64,000 nucleotides of DNA from Bdellovibrionales bacterium (GCA_965199935.1 CBDATD010000001.1:491097-555096); one strand, 5' to 3'. Positions 20,240 to 30,499 are shown, counted from the stretch's first letter. Translations and numbers: made by a program. The notes: a model not told the origin generated them from the letters alone.

Positions 20240-21741
20240 TTGGATGAACCTTTTTCCTGATCGTATTTCAAAAGACCTCCCTCTAAATAAAATACATTAG
20301 TCCATTTTTTTAAAAGTTTTAAGGATAAATTTCTAGAAAGGCATCCGTCTTCACAAATCAAAACAACAGGATGAGAGTTTAAAGAGAGTTTCAGCAGATC
20401 TTTTTCTTTGATGCTCCGGCCTAATTTCAATAAATTTTGAACAGCAGGGGACATACTTTGAGAATGACTGTTTTGAGAGAGGTAAAATAAAGAAAAAGGC
20501 ACTTGATTTTGAACCAGATTATCCAACTGAAAGCTTTGAACAGCCCCGTAATCTTCAAGCTTGTCTGCAGATTTTTTCAAAACATCTGGAAGCCATTTAC
20601 GAAACAAGAGAGACAAGGCAACACCTATAACTACAACCGCCCCCGCAAAGAAAAAGAGAACTTGAGAACCCCACCGGCCGTATATCCATCCTCCTAATGC
20701 GGGGCCTAAAATACGAGAAATAGAAGACACACTTTGATGAATGCCCAACACCCCCCCTTGATGGGTTTTCTTGGCTAATAAGCTAATCATCCCAGTCAAA
20801 CAGGTATAAGAGCAGGCAAACCCCAAAGCTAGAAGCGTGACAGAAAAAGCAACACCCCGAAGATCGGGAATACATAAGCCAAACAGTCCAGAGGCCAACA
20901 CAATCAGCCCCCACAGATTGATTTTCTTTTCACCAAAAATGGGAACCCAAGAACGAACAAAGACCCCTTGTGTGAGGGCTAGGATGAAGCCAATATAGGC
21001 AAATCCCAGGCTCGACATAGACTGAGACCAGTGGAATTGATCCTTCATCAATAAAAACAAAGGAGCTTCCACCAAAGTAAGACCTATGGAGAGAATAAAA
21101 AAAAGAAAGAGCAGTTTGCCAAGAGATGGACTCTTAAAAGCTGTGTAAAAACGATTCAGATAAGAGTTTCTTTTCTTTGGAAAAGCTGTCGGATAACTTT
21201 CTTTTACTTTAAACACCGCCGCCAGAAAGCCCAACAAACAGACTGCGGACGCCCCCAAGGAGGGACTGCCCTGCCCATAACTGCCGGCCAGCACTCCCCC
21301 CAACAAAGGACCAATGACAAAGCCTAAACCAAAGGCGGCTCCAATGAGAGCCATATTTTTGGAGCGGCTTTCTTTTTCGGTCAAATCAGATATAAAGGCG
21401 AATGAAGTGCTGACACTTGCTCCTACAGCCCCCGCAAAGGCCCTAGATAAAAACAAATGCAGTAAAGAAGGAGAAAAATAAAACCATATATAAGAAATAG
21501 AAGTGCAAACCATACTGAGCAATAAAACAGGCCTTCTCCCCGCATGATCACTGTATCGACCCCAAAAAGGACTCGCTAGAGACTGAACAGCTGAGTAAAT
21601 GCTCATCAAAAGCCCTACTTCTAAAGCAGACGCCCCATAGTGCCTGGCTGTATATGGAATGACAGGAATAATCATTCCTAAAGCCGACAGCTCCATTAAG
21701 ACCGCCAAAAAGACCCACATCATTTGAGAAGAGTTTTTCAT
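20236..21741 (-). CDS. MFS transporter fused to a C-terminal rhodanese-like domain
   Basis: Polytopic major facilitator superfamily (MFS) body. The roughly 100-aa cytoplasmic tail carries VVLICEDGCLSR and ..YLEGGLLKY, a rhodanese-like pattern. Confidence 0.7.
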   Translation of the reverse strand: MKNSSQMMWVFLAVLMELSALGMIIPVIPYTARHYGASALEVGLLMSIYSAVQSLASPFWGRYSDHAGRRPVLLLSMVCTSISYIWFYFSPSLLHLFLSRAFAGAVGASVSTSFAFISDLTEKESRSKNMALIGAAFGLGFVIGPLLGGVLAGSYGQGSPSLGASAVCLLGFLAAVFKVKESYPTAFPKKRNSYLNRFYTAFKSPSLGKLLFLFFILSIGLTLVEAPLFLLMKDQFHWSQSMSSLGFAYIGFILALTQGVFVRSWVPIFGEKKINLWGLIVLASGLFGLCIPDLRGVAFSVTLLALGFACSYTCLTGMISLLAKKTHQGGVLGIHQSVSSISRILGPALGGWIYGRWGSQVLFFFAGAVVVIGVALSLLFRKWLPDVLKKSADKLEDYGAVQSFQLDNLVQNQVPFSLFYLSQNSHSQSMSPAVQNLLKLGRSIKEKDLLKLSLNSHPVVLICEDGCLSRNLSLKLLKKWTNVFYLEGGLLKYDQEKGSSK

Positions 21742-21920
21742 ATTCTTTAAGGATACCCGTCACACAACCCTGATGGATTGAAGAAAACCTAACATTGTTT
21801 AAGTCCAAAATAAATTATTTCCACCTCGAAACCTTGAAAAATATAGGACTAAAAGACTTTTTCTCCTCAAACATTTAAAAAAGTTTGAATTTACCTCCAT
21901 CCTTCTGGATACTTAACGGG

Positions 21921-22895
21921 ATGAATCTAAGATATGTACTTCTTATTGGAATGGTGTTTGGAGCCGGCTCCAGTTTTGCGGAGTTGCTTCTCCCTCAAAA
22001 ACGCATACCTAGAAATCATTCTTTGTTTACTGATTTTTCCACTGAGTTATTTTACTCTCAAAGCAATTTTGACCACGAAGGTTTTGTAGAAAAACTGGAA
22101 GGAGAAAAAACTTATATTGCTTTTTTTAATTATAAACTCCATTTAATTTATACCCCTTTTTCATGGATTCACATAGAACCTTACGCCCATGCGCAAACTC
22201 ACATCATTCAAACAGACACCCGCAGAGATTATCTGCCTTTTAGACCCACAAAGGCCGGGTTGAAATTAAGCTCTTTCATCCACAGCCCCTTTATTGTTTT
22301 ATCTCCTGAAATAGATTTCTCCTATCCTTTAGACAGTCAAAGAAACGGCATTTCCCGCATCATCACTAACGATGGGGTTATAAAACTAACTCCTGCTTTG
22401 CTGGCGCATTTTTCTTTTTTAGGTTCTTTTATTCCTTTTGGAAAAATAGCCTATCAGTACAGACAAGACCTTTCCGGACTGCTCATCTATCATGGGGGAT
22501 TTATGTACCAGGATAATATTTGGGAATTAGGCGCATTGTTGGGAGGTTTTTCCAGCGTTGTCAAAGATCAAAGTCCAAATAAAAGGCAAAGAGTTCTCAA
22601 TCGATTCAATGAGGGCAGTTTGAAGTTTTATTCTGCAGATCCCAGCACACTTGGAGCTGTTTTATGGATTGATTTGAAATTAAGCAAGAAGACACAGATT
22701 TTTGCTCATTCTGGATTCAACTTTTTCGGCCTCAACTACGCTCAAGGATTTAGTTTAAATATCGGAATGAGAAGCGGTTTTATAAAAAAAGGATCTCCCT
22801 ACAAATACAGAAGAGATGTCCGTCATTTCGAAGAAAAAACGGAAGACATAGAGTCGCTTTTTAATGAAGAAGGCGATTCCTCTGCGTTTGAGTAA
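21921..22895 (+). CDS. Hypothetical exported protein (possible outer-membrane protein)
   Basis: The ORF is open from TTG at 21885. The ATG at 21921 gives the signal peptide MNLRYVLLIGMVFGAGSSFA. The sequence is rich in aromatic and alternating residues. Confidence 0.5.
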   Translation: MNLRYVLLIGMVFGAGSSFAELLLPQKRIPRNHSLFTDFSTELFYSQSNFDHEGFVEKLEGEKTYIAFFNYKLHLIYTPFSWIHIEPYAHAQTHIIQTDTRRDYLPFRPTKAGLKLSSFIHSPFIVLSPEIDFSYPLDSQRNGISRIITNDGVIKLTPALLAHFSFLGSFIPFGKIAYQYRQDLSGLLIYHGGFMYQDNIWELGALLGGFSSVVKDQSPNKRQRVLNRFNEGSLKFYSADPSTLGAVLWIDLKLSKKTQIFAHSGFNFFGLNYAQGFSLNIGMRSGFIKKGSPYKYRRDVRHFEEKTEDIESLFNEEGDSSAFE

Positions 22896-22917
22896 ATCCT
22901 TCTAAAAAGGGCAGAAA

Positions 22918-25311
22918 TTAAGCAACAGACAGATTGGCAATGGATTTTTCTTTATAAGGAGAAGGGGCCAAGGCGTGTTCAAATACTTCATCTAAATTTT
23001 CGACAAATATAAATTCTATATTTTCTTTCAGCTCTTTTAAAGTTAAATCCACTTCGCCGTTTTCTTCATCTTCCAAATCATGCTGGTTATTTTTGGGAAG
23101 AATCATATGTTTAATGCCATGGCTGAGAGCGGCTAAGGCTTTTTCCTTGACTCCTCCCACCGGCAGAACCTGCCCCTGAAGACCGATCTCACCTGTCATA
23201 GCAATATCCCGGCGGACAGGAGTTCCTGTAATCAGTGAAATTAAAGAAGTGGCAAGCGTCACCCCAGCAGAAGGACCGTCTTTTGGAACTGCACCCGCAG
23301 GCAAATGTATATGCACTTCATTAGATCTAAACCAAGAAGGAGGGATGCCCAAACGCTCTGAATAAGAGCGAACATAGGAAAAGGCCGCCTTCGCAGACTC
23401 TTCCATCACTTTGCCCAGCTGGCCCGTGAGAGTAAACCCTCCCTTACCAGACAATTTGATGGATTCAACATATAAAATTTCACCTCCGACCTGCGTCCAA
23501 GCTAAACCCGTTGCAATGCCCACTTTATCCTCTTTTAATTGATCCTCTTTGAAAAACTTGGGTCTTCCCAACAGCGATTTGATGATCTCCGGTGTCACCA
23601 CTGTAGCGTTTTTCTCACCCATAACAATCTTCTTAGCTATCTTTCTGCAAAGAGAGCTTATTTCACGTGTTAAATTTCTCAAACCCGCTTCTTTTGTATA
23701 GTGGCTGATTAAAAATTCAAGCCCTTTTCCGGTAAAAGATAAAAACTTTTCTTCAACTCCTGAAGTTTCCATTTCTTTTTTAACAATATATTTCTTCGCA
23801 ATTTGAAGTTTTTCATTGGGTGTATAGCCTGGGATTTGAATAGTTTCCATACGATCTCTTAAGGCCAAAGGAATATTTTCAAATACATTTGCAGTGGCAA
23901 TAAATAAAACATGGCTCAAATCAAAACTGGAATTCAAGTAATGATCTTTAAAAGAATTGTTCTGTTCAGGGTCTAAGACTTCCAGCATAGCAGCTGCCGG
24001 ATCCCCTCTAAAATCGGAGCCTAATTTATCCAATTCATCCAAAACAATAATTGGATTCTTAGACTGTACTTGTTTTAAAGCTTGAATAATTTTCCCCGGC
24101 ATAGCTCCCACATAAGTCCTGCGATGCCCCCGAATCTCCGCCTCATCTTTAATGCCTCCCAAAGCGACACGGGCGTATTTGCGGCCAATAGAGCCGGCGA
24201 TACTCTGCCCTAGAGAAGTTTTTCCAACTCCAGGAGGACCTACGAAACATAAAATAGGAGCTTTTGCAGATTGATCTGGTTTTAAACGGCGAACAGCTAA
24301 AAATTCTAAAATACGCTCCTTTACCTTATTCAAACCAAAATGATCTGCATCTAAAACCTTTTTTGCATTTTCCAGCTCCAAATGGTCTTCAGTAAATTTA
24401 TTCCAAGGCAAAGCACACATCCAATCCAAATACCCTCGAATAATAGAAGCTTCTGAAGCTTCAGGATGCATTTTTTCTAAGCGATATAAATTTTTCTTTA
24501 CCTCTTTCTCCACATCTTCAGGCATTTGCGCCTGAGCAATCTTTTCAGATAATTCTTTAATTTCTTCGGATCTGGAATCTCGGATGTCCATACGGTGAGA
24601 GGAGTGCGGCAGTTGTGGATGATCTTGTTGAGTGTTCTGACCCAGTTGTTTATGGACCATATTTTTAATGCGGTTTTGCATTTGAGAAATTTCAATTTCT
24701 TTCACCAGGAAAGTATGAAGCAACATCATTCTTTCAATAGGATCAAATGTTTCTAATATCTTTTGCATATCCAGCACTTTAAGATTGAGATTGCCTGTAA
24801 TTAAGTCTGTCAAACGGCCGGGGTCCATCACCTGATGCAAAATATTAACTAAATCCGGAGAAAAAGTTTGCTGTTCAAACTCAGAAAGCTGTTTAATGGC
24901 CTGCCTTACCTGTGCCATCAAACTCTGCGCTTTATCACTCATAACAGCGCCTTGTTCTTCAATTTTTTTAATGTGAACACTCTGACAAACATCATCTAAT
25001 TCACACTTCTCAATAACCCCTCGACAAAGACCTTGGACTAAAATTTTCATTTTCCCATTTTTCAATTTCCTCATTCTCATCACAATAGCGGCCACACCTA
25101 CTTTGTAAATGGAATCTTCCGTGATGATAGAAGTGTCGGGATCTTTTTGTGAAGTCAAAAAAACAATACGGTTGGTTTTTAAAGCTGTTTCCACAGATTT
25201 TTTTGAACTATTTCTTCCTATATACAGCGATAATAGCATATAGGGAAAAGGAGTGGTTTCTTTAATAGGCAGCAACGGCAGTGTTTTGGGGATATCTATC
25301 TTGTGATCCAT
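22918..25311 (-). CDS. lon: ATP-dependent Lon protease
   Basis: Walker A GPPGVGKT and the catalytic serine motif PKDGPSAG. Confidence 0.95.
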   Translation of the reverse strand: MDHKIDIPKTLPLLPIKETTPFPYMLLSLYIGRNSSKKSVETALKTNRIVFLTSQKDPDTSIITEDSIYKVGVAAIVMRMRKLKNGKMKILVQGLCRGVIEKCELDDVCQSVHIKKIEEQGAVMSDKAQSLMAQVRQAIKQLSEFEQQTFSPDLVNILHQVMDPGRLTDLITGNLNLKVLDMQKILETFDPIERMMLLHTFLVKEIEISQMQNRIKNMVHKQLGQNTQQDHPQLPHSSHRMDIRDSRSEEIKELSEKIAQAQMPEDVEKEVKKNLYRLEKMHPEASEASIIRGYLDWMCALPWNKFTEDHLELENAKKVLDADHFGLNKVKERILEFLAVRRLKPDQSAKAPILCFVGPPGVGKTSLGQSIAGSIGRKYARVALGGIKDEAEIRGHRRTYVGAMPGKIIQALKQVQSKNPIIVLDELDKLGSDFRGDPAAAMLEVLDPEQNNSFKDHYLNSSFDLSHVLFIATANVFENIPLALRDRMETIQIPGYTPNEKLQIAKKYIVKKEMETSGVEEKFLSFTGKGLEFLISHYTKEAGLRNLTREISSLCRKIAKKIVMGEKNATVVTPEIIKSLLGRPKFFKEDQLKEDKVGIATGLAWTQVGGEILYVESIKLSGKGGFTLTGQLGKVMEESAKAAFSYVRSYSERLGIPPSWFRSNEVHIHLPAGAVPKDGPSAGVTLATSLISLITGTPVRRDIAMTGEIGLQGQVLPVGGVKEKALAALSHGIKHMILPKNNQHDLEDEENGEVDLTLKELKENIEFIFVENLDEVFEHALAPSPYKEKSIANLSVA

Positions 25312-25399
25312 TGAACATCAATCCTTTCATAAAATCTTCTTGTAGAACTATTCGGAAAATATGAAAGGAGTCTTTAGACCTTCTGAGCTGAAAATATAT

Positions 25400-27331
25400 T
25401 TAAGGGTCTAGGTGAACGATTTGTTTATTCTTCACACTAAAGTTAGTAATAGGATAAATAAATTCCCGATTTTCTGATATTTTTATTCGTCCTATTGGAG
25501 AGTCTAGGTTTTTCAACTGGGCTAAAGCTGAACGTACGTCCTCTCTGGACTCTTTGCCAGACGAAATGACTTGCCTTAAGGTCAGAGCAGACTGATAAGA
25601 TAAAAATTCAAACAAACCTGGATCATATTTAAACACTTCTCTAAATTTTGTGAAAAAAGAAGATTTTTTAAATTGAGGATGTGAAACAATCAAAGCATCT
25701 GCAAAAACAGCTCCTTCTATTTGCTCCTTTTTTTGTTTCAACAGTCTTTGAGAGTTCCATAAACCAGGACCCGCCAAAGTTACCCCTTCTATATTTTGAA
25801 AAGCCATATAAGGAGTAATGTGATGCAGGGTTTTTATTGAATCTGGAATAAACAGGACTGAAAAATCTACGATTGGAGCCAGCAGGTTTCTGAGCTGTTT
25901 TTGACTTCTCTGTGGTCTTTTTTTTGAAAACCAATTTTCCAGCTGTTCCCGATATTCTTCATCTCGATCTTCAAAATAATAGGTCCCTGCCAATCTTCTC
26001 ATAGGATCATTGAAATCCACCTCACCTGGTTTATACGTTTGAACCCCGACAATCTCTCCTCCTTTCTTGACAGTGTATTCCCAGAATAAATTAGTGTACC
26101 CCGTTCCAAAAGGGTCATTAGGGTACAAAACAGCAAATTTTTTGTGGCCTTCATCCATTAAAGCAGAAACCAGGCTTTGAATAATATGCCGGGCAGACAC
26201 CGCATTTTGAAATACGAAAGGTTTTTGATAGGTGAGTCCGGACTTTTGAGACAAGACAACAAGAGGAATCATAAAATCTTGAGAAAACTTTGATAAAGAT
26301 TCTGCTGACTGAGACACCACTCCACCGACAACACTGATGGCCTTATGTTCAGTAATAATCTCTCTCATAGATTCTCGAATAAAATGAGCACTTCCTTTAG
26401 AATCAACAACAGCTAGTTGGAAGTCAGAGGGTTTTTCATCGTAGAGTCCTAAACCCATTTGCAGTCCGTTCAAACAGCGCACCCCAATTCTCTTGTGAGC
26501 GCCTGTCAAAGGCAGAACAGCGCCAATGGTGTTCTTACGGACTTTGGTTCGTGCGGTTAAAGCTTGAATATACTGTTGTACTTTTTCTTCCATCTGAACA
26601 TTTTGATGAGTGTAATTTAACAGTTCTTTAAATTGGGAGAGAGCTTTCCCAAATTTTTTGCTTTTTACTAAATTTTGAGCTGTTTTGAAAAGAAGTAAAT
26701 CATAAACTTCAGAAAAACGCTCCTCTTTCTTTAAAGACTGTGCTTCCGAATCACTAAGGTCTTGAATTATGGAAACAGCCAGCTCTCTGGCTTTTTGTTT
26801 TTTCTCTAGGGAAGAATGATGGCGGATCATCTGATTTAGGATGTACAGTTTTTCTGAGGGGTTTTTAATATTTTGAACATGAAATAACTTCCACTGTAAA
26901 TACAAACTATTAAGTTGTACATTTGAAGGCTGCTCTTCCGACATTTTTCTTAATTTACCCAAAGCTTTTTGATAATCTTTCATCTTATACAAGGTTAGAG
27001 CCGCATAAAACTGAGCCTGGGGCTGTTCAATGTTCTTTAATTCTTCTTCTTTTTTAAATAAGTCTAGAGCCTGTTTATACTGCCCCCGTTTAAATAGCAT
27101 TTTTCCTTTAGATAAGAATTCACCAGAACTTTTTGTGTCTGAAAGAGCGGCCTTTTTCACAGATTTTCTTTTATTTTCAACATTTTCTTTATACTGCTGT
27201 TTAAGCAGTGTGCATGAACATAAGAGAAAGCAGGCTAAGAAGCCCGTTTGAGCAATAATTTTTGCACTTGAACGTTGAACTGTGCAACAGAAGGAGGCAG
27301 AGCCTCTCTTATTTTGAATTCTCTGAACCAT
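25400..27331 (-). CDS. TPR plus type-1 periplasmic-binding-fold lipoprotein (LpoA/LivK-like)
   Basis: Lipobox-like CFLLCSC, tetratricopeptide (TPR)-like helices, then IGAVLPLTGAHKRIG.. typical of the Leu/Ile/Val-binding/LpoA fold. The only canonical start overlaps the upstream gene by 97 nt. Confidence 0.6.
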   Translation of the reverse strand: MVQRIQNKRGSASFCCTVQRSSAKIIAQTGFLACFLLCSCTLLKQQYKENVENKRKSVKKAALSDTKSSGEFLSKGKMLFKRGQYKQALDLFKKEEELKNIEQPQAQFYAALTLYKMKDYQKALGKLRKMSEEQPSNVQLNSLYLQWKLFHVQNIKNPSEKLYILNQMIRHHSSLEKKQKARELAVSIIQDLSDSEAQSLKKEERFSEVYDLLLFKTAQNLVKSKKFGKALSQFKELLNYTHQNVQMEEKVQQYIQALTARTKVRKNTIGAVLPLTGAHKRIGVRCLNGLQMGLGLYDEKPSDFQLAVVDSKGSAHFIRESMREIITEHKAISVVGGVVSQSAESLSKFSQDFMIPLVVLSQKSGLTYQKPFVFQNAVSARHIIQSLVSALMDEGHKKFAVLYPNDPFGTGYTNLFWEYTVKKGGEIVGVQTYKPGEVDFNDPMRRLAGTYYFEDRDEEYREQLENWFSKKRPQRSQKQLRNLLAPIVDFSVLFIPDSIKTLHHITPYMAFQNIEGVTLAGPGLWNSQRLLKQKKEQIEGAVFADALIVSHPQFKKSSFFTKFREVFKYDPGLFEFLSYQSALTLRQVISSGKESREDVRSALAQLKNLDSPIGRIKISENREFIYPITNFSVKNKQIVHLDP

Positions 27332-28101
27332 TTTCTATCTTCCTCAACGATGTTGGAAGGAATGTCAATACAGATTTCCAAAATGAGATCGCCTCTCCGA
27401 ACTCCATCCTCTAAAAAAAGACCTTGGTTTTTCAAAATGAGCAGAGAGTTAGAGTGTGTATTGGGTCGAATTGAAATTTTCGCTCGGCCGGTTAAAGTGG
27501 GAACACTCATTTTCTTTCCCAAAAACGCATCACCTATGGAGATAGGAACCTGCATCACTAAATTTTTCTGATCGCATCTAAAGAGAGGATGTTTTTTAAC
27601 TGCTATTTCAATAAATAAATCTCCTTTTCGACCCCTTTTTTGATGGCTTTGTCCTATCAGCCTCAATTTTTTTCCTGACTCAATCCCTTGAGGCACTTTG
27701 ATAGTTAATTGTTTCTTTTCTTTGGAGCCATTGTGAATTCTGTTGAAAGAAATTCTTTTTTCACATCCCGTATGAGCTTCTTCCAAAGTTAATTCCATTA
27801 AAATAACGGCATCCAGAGATTCTGTTGAAGGAGCAGGCTTGGCTTTATTGGAGTGCTTTCTTTCATTGAAAGAGTGAGGTGGATCTATAGAAGTCTTTTT
27901 TCTGGATTGATCGTATTCCTTTCTTTTTTTGTCGTTAGAAAGCACATGATAGGCTTCTGCAATTTGTTTAAATTTCTCTTCAGCTGAAGCTGATTTGTTT
28001 TTATCCGGATGAAATTGGCCCGCCAAACTGCGATAGGATTTTCGAATGGCCTGTTTGGACGAAGCAGGAGACACATTTAAAATATGATAGTAATCCTTCA
28101 T
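27235..28101 (-). CDS. J-domain co-chaperone (CbpA/DnaJ-like, no zinc-finger region)
   Basis: The N-terminal J domain reads YYHILNV..FHPDKN. C-terminal substrate-binding beta domains follow. No CxxCxGxG repeats. Confidence 0.85.
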   Translation of the reverse strand: MKDYYHILNVSPASSKQAIRKSYRSLAGQFHPDKNKSASAEEKFKQIAEAYHVLSNDKKRKEYDQSRKKTSIDPPHSFNERKHSNKAKPAPSTESLDAVILMELTLEEAHTGCEKRISFNRIHNGSKEKKQLTIKVPQGIESGKKLRLIGQSHQKRGRKGDLFIEIAVKKHPLFRCDQKNLVMQVPISIGDAFLGKKMSVPTLTGRAKISIRPNTHSNSLLILKNQGLFLEDGVRRGDLILEICIDIPSNIVEEDRKWFREFKIREALPPSVAQFNVQVQKLLLKRAS

Positions 28102-28724
28102 TATCCTTCGCTTTTCTCAGATTCTTTGTTGTCAAAATTTTTGCTCACAATGACCTGGGCCGGCTGAACCAGCCTGTCATGCAATTGGTATCCCTTTCTG
28201 CAGATATGCAAAATTGTATTCTCCGGCTGTTCTTTATTTTCTTCGACACTCACCACTTCATGTAAATGAGGGTTAAATACCTCTCCTTTGGGGGCTATCT
28301 CTGTCACACTGTTTTGCTTTAAAATTTTGACAAATTTAGAGTGAAGCATTTCCACCCCTTTCTTAAAGTTTTCAAAATCTTTATTTTCCCATTTTTTTTC
28401 CATAGCTCGATTAAAGTCATTCAAGAAGTTTACAATCACGTCCTGCAAAAAACTAAAAGAAGAATATTTAACCGCCTGCTCCTTCTCTTTCTGAGTAATT
28501 CTTTTAAAATTAGCAAATTCAGCCTGCAGATATTGATACCTTTTTTTCGACTCTTCCAGTTCTTTTATTTTACCTGCTAACTCTTTATTTACTTTTTGAG
28601 GTTTTTTCAAAATACTTTTTTTAAGTATAGAGCTTTTGGAGTATTTTTTCCGAATACGAGGTGAAGTGCGGGGGGCATCCTGTGCGGACACAGCATCCTT
28701 TTTTGAATTTTTCTGATTTTCCAT
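28101..28724 (-). CDS. grpE: Nucleotide exchange factor GrpE
   Basis: GrpE-like coiled coil plus a C-terminal beta domain. It abuts the J-protein gene. Confidence 0.85.
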   Translation of the reverse strand: MENQKNSKKDAVSAQDAPRTSPRIRKKYSKSSILKKSILKKPQKVNKELAGKIKELEESKKRYQYLQAEFANFKRITQKEKEQAVKYSSFSFLQDVIVNFLNDFNRAMEKKWENKDFENFKKGVEMLHSKFVKILKQNSVTEIAPKGEVFNPHLHEVVSVEENKEQPENTILHICRKGYQLHDRLVQPAQVIVSKNFDNKESEKSEG

Positions 28725-28943
28725 AAATCAACCTCTGTATTTTAACCCCAGTGATCCACTTTTCGGTTTATTACTCTTCAAACATAAGCTGAGAAACAGC
28801 ATGAAAATCCTCCCTTTTAGATCCGCCCGCATATCCATAAACCTGCCCTTAAGTTTTGATATTAGGACGTCTTCACATCTTATTCTAAAGAACAATGAGC
28901 TATTTTGAATAAAAAATGGTTATAATGCAATTTTATACAAGTT

Positions 28944-29510
28944 ATGACAGTAGAAGCAATATTCAAATCTATTGTGCTGGAAGGTTTAAATCGGGTGCGT
29001 ATTGAGGTTTCTCTGCCCGTTCAAAATTATCTCGGAAACCTGTTGTATTCCTATATCCAATCCGATCATTTATTTGAAACAGACAAAGATTCAGGCAGGA
29101 AAAACCTCACTCCCTTGGCCCAAATTTATTTAAAAGCCCAAAAAGTGCCGCTCTCAGAAAAACTTTTTTTATTAAAACAAGTAGGAGACCGCAGTCTCTA
29201 TTTAGGAGGTTTTTTTAGAGAATCTCTGAACAAACAGCTGATCAGCCCCAATTACTATTTTCACATAGGGCAGGGAGCCTATGACAGCCTGGCGGACCAT
29301 CATCCAGAAGAAGAAACATTTCGAGAGCTTTCTTACCACTTTTCTGCTCTTATGGATGTCCTCTCTTACATTGCCTGCAAACACTCCATTCGAACAGACG
29401 AAGATTTGATGAAGATTTGCGTGAAATACCTAAAAACAGGATCTAAAATTGCCGGCTTCCAACTGGAAGACCACGGCTTTTCTGTAGAAAAAGAAGATCA
29501 ATCCCACTAA
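28944..29510 (+). CDS. Hypothetical protein
   Basis: 188-aa ORF, apparently soluble. I recognise no family. Confidence 0.5.
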   Translation: MTVEAIFKSIVLEGLNRVRIEVSLPVQNYLGNLLYSYIQSDHLFETDKDSGRKNLTPLAQIYLKAQKVPLSEKLFLLKQVGDRSLYLGGFFRESLNKQLISPNYYFHIGQGAYDSLADHHPEEETFRELSYHFSALMDVLSYIACKHSIRTDEDLMKICVKYLKTGSKIAGFQLEDHGFSVEKEDQSH

Positions 29511-29556
29511 GATTTTTTATTTGCTTTCTTTTTAGAAAACCTATAATTTGCCGCTT

Positions 29557-29781
29557 ATGTTTTCCATGGGGCTCATTGAACTTCTTCTTTTATGCGCTCT
29601 GGCCCTTATTGTTCTGGGTCCAGAGAAATTTCCAAAATTAGCCAAAGATTTTTCAGCATTTATCCACCAGCTAAGATCTGTCAAAGAGGATATTCAACGC
29701 AAAACATCCTCTATCCAAAAATCCCCTGCTGTTTCTTCGGAACAGTCTTCTCATTCAAAAAACAAAAATGCCAAATCCTAA
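29557..29781 (+). CDS. Sec-independent translocase TatA/TatB family protein
   Basis: MFSMGLIELLLLCALALIVLGPEKFP is a TM helix plus amphipathic helix. The ORF is open from TTG at 29548. TATAAT at 29542-29547 lies 9 nt upstream of the ATG. Confidence 0.8.
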   Translation: MFSMGLIELLLLCALALIVLGPEKFPKLAKDFSAFIHQLRSVKEDIQRKTSSIQKSPAVSSEQSSHSKNKNAKS

Positions 29782-30499
29782 ATCTTCTATGAATTTCGTC
29801 TATCATTTGACTGAACTGAGAGCGAGGCTGATTTCCTGTTTTATTATTTTTATTTCCGCCTTTGGTCTTTGCTGGTTTTTTAGTGAGAATATTCTTAAGT
29901 GGGCGGCTCTCCCTATATCGCCTTACTTAGAGCAAAGCCAGGGGCTCCTTATTTTCACAGCTCCTATGGATGATTTTCTGGCCCATATCCGAGCGGCTGT
30001 GTTTGGCGCTTTAGTTTTGAGCTTTCCCGCTTTTATGCTTCATATATGGAAATTTTTATCTCCAGGGCTTTATAAAAAAGAAAAAATATTTTTCATTTCA
30101 CTTAATATCATTGGCTCTCTTTTATTTTTTGCAGGTGTGTTGTTTGTTTACTTTGTCGTCTATCCTCTCTCATTCAAATTTTTGATGAATGTCGGCTCTT
30201 CTTCAGCTCTTATTTCTGTCAAAGAATATTTATCCTTTTTCATTTTTACCACTTTAATCTTTGGACTGCTCTTTGAAACCCCCCTCATTATCTTAGGACT
30301 GGTATGGGCCGGAATTTTGACTGTGAAACAATTAAAACAAGGACGCCGTTATGCCATAGTGATTTTAGCTGTACTTTCTGCAATGGCCACTCCCCCGGAT
30401 ATTCTCAGCATGATCTTCCTAATGACGCCCCTTTATCTGCTTTATGAACTCGCTGTCTTTACAGCAGGATTTTTATTCCGCCCTAGGAAGCATTCTTAA
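29768..30499 (+). CDS. tatC: Sec-independent translocase TatC
   Basis: Six-TM protein immediately after the tatA/B gene, with an N-terminus typical of TatC (LTELRARLI). Confidence 0.9.
   Translation: MPNPKSSMNFVYHLTELRARLISCFIIFISAFGLCWFFSENILKWAALPISPYLEQSQGLLIFTAPMDDFLAHIRAAVFGALVLSFPAFMLHIWKFLSPGLYKKEKIFFISLNIIGSLLFFAGVLFVYFVVYPLSFKFLMNVGSSSALISVKEYLSFFIFTTLIFGLLFETPLIILGLVWAGILTVKQLKQGRRYAIVILAVLSAMATPPDILSMIFLMTPLYLLYELAVFTAGFLFRPRKHS

Noticed and set aside
28725-28943. Heat-shock control elements upstream of grpE (CIRCE inverted repeat, sigma-32 promoter).
   Set aside because: No TTAGCACTC-N9-GAGTGCTAA-like repeat and no CTTGAAA..CCCCAT pair was visible on either strand.
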